Positions 40,443 to 49,256 of a DNA stretch of 64,000 bases are shown here, one piece after another. Every line of letters starts with the position of its first letter. The stretch's first letter is position 1. Both the position numbers and the translations under genes were made by a program. The notes beneath the pieces were generated by a model that saw nothing but the letters and a program-made list of their open reading frames with translations, ran no database searches and was not told where the DNA came from. Origin of the DNA: Thermodesulfobacteriota bacterium (GTDB taxonomy: Bacteria > Desulfobacterota_D > UBA1144 > Nemesobacterales > Nemesobacteraceae); NCBI GenBank assembly GCA_965202785.1, contig OZ241855.1:869088-933087 (forward strand), in the 5' to 3' direction.

Positions 40443-41305
40443 AGTTCGGTATAACGGGTAAAAAGGATAGCGCGGAAGTCTACGAGATTGCCAGGCGGCT
40501 GTGCGGGTGGCTTCGCGAAAGAGACATAGAGTTCTTCGTTGAGGAGAATCTTGGGCGGAGCATAGACGCTGAGAACGTGCTTGCGGAGCGCGACCTAGCT
40601 GCGGCCGTCGACATAATAGTTGTGTTCGGGGGTGACGGTTCCTTTATCTGGGTTTCACGGATGGTGCAGGGCCACGATGTATCAATACTGGGCTGCAATC
40701 TCGGCGGACTCGGGTTTCTCACTGAATTCACTGTGGATGAGTTTTTTCCGATGATGGAGAGAGTGCTAGCCGGAGACTACGAGATAGAAAAAAGGGACAT
40801 GATATCGTGCTGCGTAGACAGAAAGGACGGAGAGCGGGAAGAATTCACGGTACTAAACGACGTAGTTATAAACAACGGTCCAATTTCCAAGGTTGTGGAT
40901 CTCTCCATATATATAAACGAAAAATACGTTACGACCTTTAAGGCTGACGGAATTATCTTCGCGACCCCTACCGGCTCAACCGCCTATTCTCTTTCTGCGG
41001 GCGGGCCGATAATTTATCCGACGCTGCCCGTGATAACCGTCACTCCAATATGTCCGCATATTCTTACCAACAGGCCTATCGTGGTTCCCTACACGAAAAA
41101 GATAAGGACGAGGGTGCTTACCGACATACAGAACACCTACCTCACGCTTGACGGTCAGGTGGGAGTTCCTCTTTATCTCGGCGACGAGGTTGTTCTTGAG
41201 GGTTCGGAGAGCTACGTGAATATCATAAAATCTCCTTTCAGGGATTATTTCAACATTCTGAAGACAAAGCTTATGTGGAGCGGGAGATATGAAAATTCCG
41301 AGTGA
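40439..41305 (+). CDS. nadK: NAD(+) kinase
   Basis: GGDGS motif, NDVVI, and a conserved PpnK body. TTG start overlaps the prfB stop (TTGA). Confidence 0.85.
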   Translation: MKFGITGKKDSAEVYEIARRLCGWLRERDIEFFVEENLGRSIDAENVLAERDLAAAVDIIVVFGGDGSFIWVSRMVQGHDVSILGCNLGGLGFLTEFTVDEFFPMMERVLAGDYEIEKRDMISCCVDRKDGEREEFTVLNDVVINNGPISKVVDLSIYINEKYVTTFKADGIIFATPTGSTAYSLSAGGPIIYPTLPVITVTPICPHILTNRPIVVPYTKKIRTRVLTDIQNTYLTLDGQVGVPLYLGDEVVLEGSESYVNIIKSPFRDYFNILKTKLMWSGRYENSE

Positions 41306-41657
41306 GGAGAAGTTAATCCATGACTGGGTAATAAGTCAGGTGGAGCACAAATACTCCTCCCTTTATAATGAGATAAGTACCAACCCCGGCGAAGAGCAAC
41401 TCTGTGAGTTCGAGGGTTTTTTCCCCGACGTAATTCTCGGTTCATATGGGCAGGTCGTGCAGATTATTGAAGTTGAGACCGAAGCCACTATCGACGAAAA
41501 AAGAAGCGAGTACTGGAAAGCGCTCTCGGAGCTTTCAGTCCAGCTTATCCTGCTCGTTCCCGCAAAGTCAAAGACCCACGTCACAGATCTTTGCTGGAAA
41601 TGCGGGCTCGCCGGCAAAGTGAAAATAGGAACTTTCGAGGTCTCAATCAGGATATAG
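41289..41657 (+). CDS. Hypothetical protein; possible PD-(D/E)xK-like fold
   Basis: FPDVILGS...QIIEVETE resembles a minimal PD...ExK-like arrangement. It overlaps the nadK end by 17 nt. Weak RBS. Confidence 0.35.
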   Translation: MKIPSEEKLIHDWVISQVEHKYSSLYNEISTNPGEEQLCEFEGFFPDVILGSYGQVVQIIEVETEATIDEKRSEYWKALSELSVQLILLVPAKSKTHVTDLCWKCGLAGKVKIGTFEVSIRI

Positions 41658-42596
41658 GGAGCTTCCGGGCGTTCCCATGAACTGCCCTTCCCGAAGATCT
41701 TTTTTGCCCCGTTTGAATTCAGGAGCGTCCATTTTTCTCCCCCCTTCGATTTGAAGGGAGAGTATCTGCAAGATCCCATTACCCGTTGCAACATCCAAGC
41801 TTTCTCCCCCGAGCGATACTATTTCTCCGGGTCTTCCCTGCCCCGGGCCCGAAAGTGCCCTTAATATCTTGAGGTTTTTTCCCCCGAGCGTGGTGTGGGC
41901 GCACGGCCACGGAGTCATCGCCCTTACTAGGTTCTTTATCTCTTCTGCGTCCCGGTTCCAGTCCACCCGGCCGTCTTTTCTCGAAATAAGAGGTGCGTAG
42001 GTGGCTGCGGCCGGATCCTGCTTTACAGGAGATATTTCATTTTTTGCGATGCGGTCGATCGTTTGCAAAAGAAGCTGTGCTCCTTCAAGCGAAAGTTTTT
42101 TTGAAAGTTCCTCGGCGGTTTCCTCATCCCCTATCGGCACCTCTGTTTGAGCGAGAATGTCTCCCGTGTCCATTTCCTCGTCAATATACATGATTGTAAC
42201 TCCCGTTTTTTTCTCTCCCTTCGCTATCGCCCAGTTAATCGGGGCTGCTCCCCTGTAGCTGGGAAGCAGCGATGCATGAAGGTTTACGCAACCGAAAGGG
42301 GGTGCGTCAAGCATGGCGGTGGGAAGCATCTTTCCGTAGGCTACGACCGCTATGAGATCGGGGGAAAGGGCCTTCAGTGTCTCTTCGAACTCGGGTGTTT
42401 TTAAGTCTTGGGGCTGAAAAACGGGGACTCCGCGCTCCGCGGCAATTTTTTTTGTTTCCGGCCATACGGGTTTTCGACTTCTCCCCCTTGGCCTGTCCGG
42501 CTTCGAGAGAAGCGCGATTACCTCGTGGAGAGAATCGCAAAGTACCTCAAGCGATGGTACGGCGAATTCTGGTGTTCCGGCGAAAAGAATTCTCAT
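41643..42596 (-). CDS. fmt: Methionyl-tRNA formyltransferase
   Basis: MRILFAGTPEFAVPSL N-terminus and a formyltransferase core (NLHASLLPSYRGAAPI). Confidence 0.9.
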   Translation of the reverse strand: MRILFAGTPEFAVPSLEVLCDSLHEVIALLSKPDRPRGRSRKPVWPETKKIAAERGVPVFQPQDLKTPEFEETLKALSPDLIAVVAYGKMLPTAMLDAPPFGCVNLHASLLPSYRGAAPINWAIAKGEKKTGVTIMYIDEEMDTGDILAQTEVPIGDEETAEELSKKLSLEGAQLLLQTIDRIAKNEISPVKQDPAAATYAPLISRKDGRVDWNRDAEEIKNLVRAMTPWPCAHTTLGGKNLKILRALSGPGQGRPGEIVSLGGESLDVATGNGILQILSLQIEGGRKMDAPEFKRGKKDLREGQFMGTPGSSLYPD

Positions 42597-42876
42597 TTTT
42601 CCGTGTTCTTAAAGGAAGCGATTGCTTCAGTCTCCATATTTTTGCGCCTGCATGCGATTTTTGCTCTAAACGGTTTTTTTCAGTGCACACTGTGCACATT
42701 TTTTAGGCATGGTTTGCAGGCTCTAAGTCTACTTGAAAATCTCGAGCCCTTGGGGATTTATTTTTTTCTAGTTATTTCAGAGGGTTAGAGGGAGCACTTC
42801 CTGTCTTCTGGTTTTATGGCCCTTTAATTGCAAAAGGTATTGAGAAGAAAATTGTCCAAACATGGAGGAGTTGGTT

Positions 42877-44229
42877 ATGAATATCGCAGATTTTTTAAGA
42901 AAACCCTTCGGATGCAGCCGCGTGCTGTTTCTTTCGGTTTTCGCTTTTGTTGTTCTGGGGGGCTATTCAGCTTTTGCGTCAGAAGGTGCGGCCCATTCTG
43001 TCTTCGTGGCGAACAACGTGTGGATGCTGCTTGCGACTTTTCTTGTCTTTATAATGCATCTCGGATTTGCCTCTCTCGAGACCGGACTTACCAGATCAAA
43101 GAACACGGTAAACATACTTTTTAAAAACACGTTTATCATTTCAGCGGGCATTCTCACTTACGCACTTATGGGTTTTAACCTTATGTACCCGGGGGATTTC
43201 AACCTTATAAGTGGCGGCATCTTCGGCTTTGCCGGTTTCGGTATTTCATCGCCGGCCGGGGCTGAGGGGCTCATAGAGTATGCAGATGGTGGCTATACCT
43301 ACTACACCGATTTCATATTCCAGGCAATGTTTGCCGCAACAGCGGCCACGATTGTCTCTGGAGCTGTTGCCGAACGTATAAAGCTTTCAAGTTTTCTTAT
43401 TTTCGCAACCATATTCGTCGCCATCGTGTATCCCATAGCTGGGTCCTGGAAATGGGGTGGCGGATGGCTTGATCAGATGGGTTTTTACGATTTCGCCGGT
43501 TCCACGCTCGTTCACAGCGTAGGCGGATGGGGAGGACTTGTCGGAGCCTATCTTCTCGGCCCGCGCATAGGGAAATACCTCGCCTCAGGAGCGATGAGAC
43601 CGATTCCCGGTCATTCGCTACCTCTTCTTGCTATCGGCGTGTTCCTGCTCTGGATGGGGTGGTTCGGTTTTAACGGCGGTTCGGTGCTGAGCGCGGATCC
43701 GGAACTGATTTCGCTGGTCATAGTGACGACTTCGCTTGCGGCTGCTGCGGGCGCTTTAGGAGCGGCTTTCACGTCGTGGGGAACTTTTAAGTATCCTGAC
43801 CTCTCCATGGCTCTAAACGGTGTGCTTGCGGGTCTTGTGGGAATCACCGCCGGAGCCGACGTGGTCTCTCCGGGAGAGGCGGTCATCATAGGACTTGTGG
43901 CCGGAATAATAGTGGTTTTCGCGGTCAGTTTCTTCGACAAGATAAGAATAGATGACCCGGTGGGTGCGATTTCCGTTCACCTGGTCTGCGGTATATGGGG
44001 AACGCTTGCCGTGGGAATTTTCGGAGGACCGGATTTCAGCTTTATGGTCCAGCTTATCGGAGTTCTGGCATACGGAGCCTTCACGGTTGTCTGCGCCTTC
44101 ATCATCTTCTACGCCATAAAGATGGTTATGGGTATAAGGGTGAGCGAGGAAGAAGAGAGAAGAGGGCTCGACATAACCGAGCACGGAATGGAGTCCTATC
44201 CGGATTTCCAAGCCGCATCGGAGATTTAA
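42877..44229 (+). CDS. amt: Ammonium transporter (Amt family)
   Basis: GGAGG RBS 6 nt before the ATG at 42877, with an N-terminal signal/TM segment. Multi-TM; Amt-family membrane transporter (about 11 TM). Confidence 0.9.
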   Translation: MNIADFLRKPFGCSRVLFLSVFAFVVLGGYSAFASEGAAHSVFVANNVWMLLATFLVFIMHLGFASLETGLTRSKNTVNILFKNTFIISAGILTYALMGFNLMYPGDFNLISGGIFGFAGFGISSPAGAEGLIEYADGGYTYYTDFIFQAMFAATAATIVSGAVAERIKLSSFLIFATIFVAIVYPIAGSWKWGGGWLDQMGFYDFAGSTLVHSVGGWGGLVGAYLLGPRIGKYLASGAMRPIPGHSLPLLAIGVFLLWMGWFGFNGGSVLSADPELISLVIVTTSLAAAAGALGAAFTSWGTFKYPDLSMALNGVLAGLVGITAGADVVSPGEAVIIGLVAGIIVVFAVSFFDKIRIDDPVGAISVHLVCGIWGTLAVGIFGGPDFSFMVQLIGVLAYGAFTVVCAFIIFYAIKMVMGIRVSEEEERRGLDITEHGMESYPDFQAASEI

Positions 44230-44283
44230 TAGCAGCATGAAAACAGGAAAAAGGAAAATAACAACTCTTATAGGAGGAGAAAA

Positions 44284-45378
44284 ATGAGAAGTATAGTTTC
44301 TAAACTTTCATTGATGATGATCGCGGCGGCTTTGCTGCTCGGGACCCAGTTCGGGGCCCCGAGGGCAAACGCCCTTGATCTCGGAAACCTCGAGTCGATC
44401 GGACTCGGCTTTTCGCTTGACACGACTTATCAGTATGTTTCGAACGGGGAAGTCGGAGAGGGTATTGCTGAGAGGGGTCTTTATCCCGAACACAACGATT
44501 TCTCTATAGATGCCTTTACGCTTTCGCTTGAAAAGGTTCCGACCGTCGGCGACGGAGCAATGGATCAGGTGGGTTTCAGGGCTGATGTTCTTTTTGGCGA
44601 GCAGGCTGAACGTCTCGGCTTCGGTTTTAACACCGACGGCGACGGCGCGGTAAGTCCTTATCAGGCTTACATAAACGTGCTCGTTCCATCGGGTGCCGGC
44701 GGTCTTAACATCTACGCCGGTCAGTTCACCACGCTTGCGGGCTGGGAACTTATAGAAGCCAAGGACAACACCAACATAACGAGATCCCTGCTTTTTTACA
44801 GGATTCCGTTTGCGCACAGCGGTGTCCGGGCGACCTTCAGTGCCGGATCACTCGATTTCGCTCTCGGCTTAAGCAACGACTGGGACGCGGTTGATGATGT
44901 GGATGACGGCAAGACGTTTGAATCGCAGATTGCGCTTAATTTCGCGAACGACGGCTGGCTCGGTGTTACCGGGTACTTCGGTGATACTGATGGCGATACC
45001 AGGACCCTTGTGACGGTCGTTGGTACCATGACCCTCATGGAGAAGGTCACCTTGATAGCCGATTTCGAGTACACGTCGCATGACGCGGGGGGAGACCGTT
45101 GGGGTTTTGCCGGTTACGCGATAGTAAGTCTTGCGGACTCCATGTCACTCGCTCTCAGGGGTGAGTACGTTGATGAGTCGGAAAGAGTTGATACGCCGGA
45201 CCTTGAGCTCTACGAGTTCACCTCGACTCTTATATTGACTCCTTTCGAGTCCATGGGGAATTTCGAGACGAGGGTTGAGTACAGGTACGACAACGCGAAC
45301 GGCGACGACTCTTATTTTGCCGGGGAAGAGGATCAGCACGGATTTGCCGTACAGCTTCTTTACTGGCTTGACGTATAA
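44284..45378 (+). CDS. Putative outer-membrane beta-barrel porin
   Basis: Signal peptide MRSIVSKLSLMMIAAALLLGTQFGAPRANA. Alternating amphipathic beta-strand pattern, Asp/Gly-rich loops, and a C-terminal aromatic end LLYWLDV. It sits directly downstream of amt. Confidence 0.55.
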   Translation: MRSIVSKLSLMMIAAALLLGTQFGAPRANALDLGNLESIGLGFSLDTTYQYVSNGEVGEGIAERGLYPEHNDFSIDAFTLSLEKVPTVGDGAMDQVGFRADVLFGEQAERLGFGFNTDGDGAVSPYQAYINVLVPSGAGGLNIYAGQFTTLAGWELIEAKDNTNITRSLLFYRIPFAHSGVRATFSAGSLDFALGLSNDWDAVDDVDDGKTFESQIALNFANDGWLGVTGYFGDTDGDTRTLVTVVGTMTLMEKVTLIADFEYTSHDAGGDRWGFAGYAIVSLADSMSLALRGEYVDESERVDTPDLELYEFTSTLILTPFESMGNFETRVEYRYDNANGDDSYFAGEEDQHGFAVQLLYWLDV

Positions 45379-45464
45379 ATAGAGGAAACAAAACACAACG
45401 CAGAAGAAAAAAACCATCTCTCCATACCTCTTTTTTCTGTGTTCATGGGGCTTCGGTTCTTTAG

Positions 45465-45488
45465 AAAAGGGCCGGGGCCCTTTTGTTT
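45465..45488 (+). terminator. Rho-independent terminator-like hairpin (GGGCC-GG-GGCCC) flanked by an A-run and a T-run
   Basis: Sequence aaaaGGGCCGGGGCCCttttgttt downstream of the porin gene. Confidence 0.5.
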
Positions 45489-45558
45489 ATGAATGAAGGA
45501 ATTTTGTTTCTTGAAACAAAATATTTTCTTCGGGTAGAATTAAACCCCGTTTGTTTCT

Positions 45559-45631
<73 letters not shown>

Positions 45632-45700
45632 CATTATTTTCATGGTATTTTTGCGGGAGAAGCGGAATCTTCCCTTTTTTCTGCCTAGGCTAGGTGGTTT

Positions 45701-46144
45701 ATGCCGAAGATGCTTAATCAGACAGCTAATGCTCTAGTTGCTATCGCGGCTCTTCTTGCGGCTTGCGCTTTCATCGTGTCATGTTCTTCCGAGGCTCAGA
45801 CAAATCCGTGTCCGGACGGTACCGAACCTTATACTGAATACAGACTTTTTTTCGGGCGTGGGGACGACTCGGCACAGGTTGTGAGCGATGATGCTTGGGG
45901 AGAATTCCTTGAAGACACGATTACTGTTCAGTTCCCAGCCGGCCTTACCGTTCTGGACGCCCGTGGACAGTATACAGATTCCGCCGAAACACTGATAAGG
46001 GAAGATACGAAGGTACTTATAATTCTCGTCTCGCCGAATTCCGGTTCCGCTCCCAAGATAGACACAATTATTGATGAATACAAACAAAGGTTCACCCAGC
46101 AAGCGGTGCTGCGCCAGGTAATAGATACCTGCGCATCCTTCTGA
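45701..46144 (+). CDS. Putative lipoprotein (hypothetical)
   Basis: Signal peptide with lipobox (LLAACAFIVSC-SS). 147 aa. First gene after tRNA-Phe. Confidence 0.5.
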   Translation: MPKMLNQTANALVAIAALLAACAFIVSCSSEAQTNPCPDGTEPYTEYRLFFGRGDDSAQVVSDDAWGEFLEDTITVQFPAGLTVLDARGQYTDSAETLIREDTKVLIILVSPNSGSAPKIDTIIDEYKQRFTQQAVLRQVIDTCASF

Positions 46145-46293
46145 CCCTCTTGCCTTATTCCGGCTTTACTTCTTACCTTCTTTTCTTTGTTTTAACTCCT
46201 GTATCTAAAGTTGGTCTGAGCGGATTGTTTTGTTATGTACATTAGGTTAGTATTAGCTTACACAGGATTGTTTTATTCTCGGAGGAATTTTAA

Positions 46294-46707
46294 ATGAAGT
46301 TTGGAGATTATCTAAAGAGGATAAGGAAGAGGAAAAAGATTACCCAAGAGAACCTCGCTCGATCTCTTGAGGTTTCAAGCGTGTACATACATCAGCTTGA
46401 AACTGGAAAGGTTGACGCACCCTCCTTTGATCGCTGCCAGCAGATATCTTCAATCTTGGAAGTCAAGGTTGAGGAAATCTGGAGCGTCTCCAGGACGGAG
46501 AGACTCAAAAGATTCATCGAAAAAGAGGCCATATCCGAACAGGAACTCGAAGTTCTCACGAATGAGGAGAAGATGCTCCTTAAGCTTTACAGAAGCCTTG
46601 ACGGAGAAATAAAAAAGGATTTTGCCGGAATGGTATTCATGCTTCTCCGACATTCTCAGGACAAAAAGCTACGCAAGATACTTGAAGAGTTTGTAAAATG
46701 CGCCTGA
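46294..46707 (+). CDS. XRE-family helix-turn-helix transcriptional regulator
   Basis: The N-terminal LKRIRKRKKITQENLARSLEVSSVYIHQLETGK is a typical HTH_XRE. AGGAGG RBS. AT-rich coding sequence. Confidence 0.75.
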   Translation: MKFGDYLKRIRKRKKITQENLARSLEVSSVYIHQLETGKVDAPSFDRCQQISSILEVKVEEIWSVSRTERLKRFIEKEAISEQELEVLTNEEKMLLKLYRSLDGEIKKDFAGMVFMLLRHSQDKKLRKILEEFVKCA

Positions 46708-47459
46708 ACCAGAAACTTGGACTGCTGTTCAAAATATCAATGGTTGAGCTGGGCATCATAGCCCTTATAGGGGTGGTGTTCTATTTTCAGTTTGACAATG
46801 CAAAAAAAGAGTTTGTCACTAAGACCAGAGCCATAGCCGAGACTATAGGCGACCAGGCGACCAGTTTCTATCAGGATCACGGAGAGGCACCCACAAGCGA
46901 CGAGTTCTATCTTTTTCTTGACGAAAGGCTGGGCAGGGAGAAGCTGTTTAACACCTTCGGGATCTCGCCAAAGTTTTTCAGCGTTACTTTCACCAAACAG
47001 CCGGAGAACGAATTGGCTTCCGGGCACTTTATGGAAAGCACTTATCCGCCCGAGGGGTATTCGGTTGAAAAATACGCAGGAAAGATCTCCGTTTCTGTTC
47101 CGTTTCTCTCCCCGCAGGTCGAGGGGCCGCTCGGCATAGTTAAGATCGATTCCGATACGAAAACATTGATGAAAAAGGTTTTCGCCGACAACTTCCTGCT
47201 TTACGTAGCCATTTTGATGGTGCTCAACAATCAGGCCTTCATTCTTCATCTGTTCTTAAGAAGGAGGAAGGAGGAGATTCCCTTCAGCGAGGGTTATCTC
47301 AAGGAACACTCCATAAGCGCGCTTAAGCTGATGCACAAGGTGCTTGGAGACATAATAGAAGACCACGCTTCTGAAGATAAAAAAACCGCGAAAGAGAAAA
47401 CCGTGGATACGCCAAACGTAATTTCGATTTCAAATGCGGGTACTAAACTGGAAAAATGA
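46698..47459 (+). CDS. Hypothetical membrane protein (two TM segments)
   Basis: N-terminal TM (VELGIIALIGVVFYF) and a second TM (FLLYVAILMVLNN). Overlaps the previous gene by 10 nt. The N-terminus MRLNQKLGLLFK is vaguely PilN-like (INLLP). Confidence 0.5.
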   Translation: MRLNQKLGLLFKISMVELGIIALIGVVFYFQFDNAKKEFVTKTRAIAETIGDQATSFYQDHGEAPTSDEFYLFLDERLGREKLFNTFGISPKFFSVTFTKQPENELASGHFMESTYPPEGYSVEKYAGKISVSVPFLSPQVEGPLGIVKIDSDTKTLMKKVFADNFLLYVAILMVLNNQAFILHLFLRRRKEEIPFSEGYLKEHSISALKLMHKVLGDIIEDHASEDKKTAKEKTVDTPNVISISNAGTKLEK

Positions 47460-47821
47460 AAAAGAGCTTCCTAATCACTTCATTGTTTCTCCTTGCGGCC
47501 TTTGTTCTTGCGGCCTGCACCGCGGAGGAATCCGCCGTTGAACTCGACGGGCCGGTTCTCCAGACCGAGAACTTTGACGGAAGCGTGGATTTTAACGGCG
47601 CCGTGGTGAACACAGCGGATTTTCCGGTACAGTCGGTTTACGTCGTTATATTCGCAAAGGATTCGGATGGAAACGCCCTTGCCGCGACCTCCGCTCTTGT
47701 TGAGGAAGGGGAAAGACTTGATCCTACGGAAAGCTTTTTCTTCACAGCCAGTTTCGATGATCTTCCCCCGGAAGCCCATTCTAGGGAAGTGCAAATATAT
47801 TACGATCTTGTGGAAGAGTAG
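47456..47821 (+). CDS. Putative lipoprotein
   Basis: Signal peptide plus lipobox (LLAAFVLAAC-TAEE). 121 aa. ATGA overlap with the upstream gene. Confidence 0.55.
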   Translation: MKKSFLITSLFLLAAFVLAACTAEESAVELDGPVLQTENFDGSVDFNGAVVNTADFPVQSVYVVIFAKDSDGNALAATSALVEEGERLDPTESFFFTASFDDLPPEAHSREVQIYYDLVEE

Positions 47822-47836
47822 TTTCCTATCCCCGGT

Positions 47837-48922
47837 TTGTTGATTTCTCCTTTTAAAAAATTGGCTTTCGGTAAACTTCACCGCCCAGATTCGCTCCCTG
47901 AAGGGAAAGATGCCGTGGCTGGAATAGATATAGGCTCAAGTTCCGTTAAGGTTGTGGAACTTTCCTACAGGGGTGGAAACTACCGGCTTGAGAATATGGG
48001 AGAGGCTATGCTTCCTAGAGATGCGGTAATCCGCAAGTCGATTTCAAGGGGCGACATAGTTTCGGGGGTTGTATCAAGTCTCGTTTCTAGGCTCGGTGTG
48101 AGAACGAAAAAGGCGGTTATAGGGGTTTCCGGCGAAGCTGTTGCTTTAAAAGTCGTCAATGTTCCCAGAATTTTTCTCAGAAAGGATATGGAAAAGCTTG
48201 TTCCGGACCTTGTGAGAACCAGTCTTTGCAGAAACGTTAACGGGGTTAATTACAGCTACACTCCGCTTTTCCGCCGCAACGGAAAATCCGAAGAGACTCA
48301 GGTGCTGGTTGCGGCAGTTTCGAAAAAAACGGCGCAGGAGTATAAAAGTTCGCTTTTCTCGGCGGGCCTTCGCGCCCGGGTAATTGATGTTGACGCCATG
48401 GCTCTTTCAAACAGCTACGCAACTTTTTGCCGAGGTCGCGGTCAAAAGGTGGCGCTTGTGAACATCGGAGCGTCAGGGACTAACTTGAGCGTTTTGGACG
48501 GCACAGTGCCTTTTATACTGAGGGATATTCCGCTTGGAGGGCAATGGATTACGCTTCGTTTGATGGAGAAATTCGAAATTACCTACGAGGAGGCGGAGAG
48601 AATAAAGTTCAGCATTAAGGGTTATGGCAGATATGACGAGATAGAAAGTGTTTTCACTGATTTCGTTGCTCGTGCCATAGATGAGATAAAGATGGTTCTT
48701 GACGAAGCTGGAGACGTAATCGACCAAATAATTCTTTCCGGTGGATCTTCAAGAATAGCAACTCTCGCCGATACGCTTGGAGAGGCTACGGGGGTTCCGG
48801 TCGAGATTTCGAATCCTTTTCGAAACATCACTGTTTCGGATTCGCATTTTGATCCTGAATACATTGAACATCTGGCCCCAAAGATGGCGGTTGCGGTGGG
48901 GCTTGCGCTCAGGGGTTTGTGA
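47837..48922 (+). CDS. pilM: PilM-like actin-fold ATPase (type IV pilus assembly protein PilM family)
   Basis: AGIDIGSSSVKVVEL phosphate-1 motif, VIDVDAMAL, IGASGTNLSV, and the ILSGGSS adenosine motif. Full PilM/FtsA-like length. No pilN/O/P/Q downstream. Confidence 0.7.
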   Translation: MLISPFKKLAFGKLHRPDSLPEGKDAVAGIDIGSSSVKVVELSYRGGNYRLENMGEAMLPRDAVIRKSISRGDIVSGVVSSLVSRLGVRTKKAVIGVSGEAVALKVVNVPRIFLRKDMEKLVPDLVRTSLCRNVNGVNYSYTPLFRRNGKSEETQVLVAAVSKKTAQEYKSSLFSAGLRARVIDVDAMALSNSYATFCRGRGQKVALVNIGASGTNLSVLDGTVPFILRDIPLGGQWITLRLMEKFEITYEEAERIKFSIKGYGRYDEIESVFTDFVARAIDEIKMVLDEAGDVIDQIILSGGSSRIATLADTLGEATGVPVEISNPFRNITVSDSHFDPEYIEHLAPKMAVAVGLALRGL

Positions 48923-48960
48923 ATAGAAGAAAAAGCTGGTAAGAAATTCCGCGTACCGGA

Positions 48961-49143
48961 TCAGTTTCTTGACGGTATAAGGTGGACTATCAGAGAGACC
49001 GCAAGCGCGACTGCGCCGACTACCGAGAGAACCTTAAAGTAAAAAGACCAGTCAAGTGAGAATTTGAGGGAGATTCCGAAACCTACTATAAAGAGAACAA
49101 GCGCGGTTATGAGGATCCCTCCGAGGATGTTTGTTCTAAGCAT
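48961..49143 (-). CDS. Small two-TM membrane protein (hypothetical)
   Basis: A 60-aa ORF encoding two hydrophobic helices. No other support. Confidence 0.25.
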   Translation of the reverse strand: MLRTNILGGILITALVLFIVGFGISLKFSLDWSFYFKVLSVVGAVALAVSLIVHLIPSRN

Positions 49144-49256
49144 AAGAAACTCCAGAAAGCAGAATTAATAAAAACGGCACTATTGTATACAAGACCCCAT
49201 AAATTTCAATTTTTAAAGCAGGGAATCTCCCGTGGCTGGAAAGCCGGGTTTATATC

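Noticed and set aside
42690-42730. A sigma-54 (-24/-12) promoter upstream of amt (GGCATGGTTTGCA)
   Set aside because: The GG...GC spacing is 2 nt shorter than the strict TGGCAC-N5-TTGCA geometry, so it was not called. The TGCAC-N3-GTGCA palindrome is reported instead as a finding.
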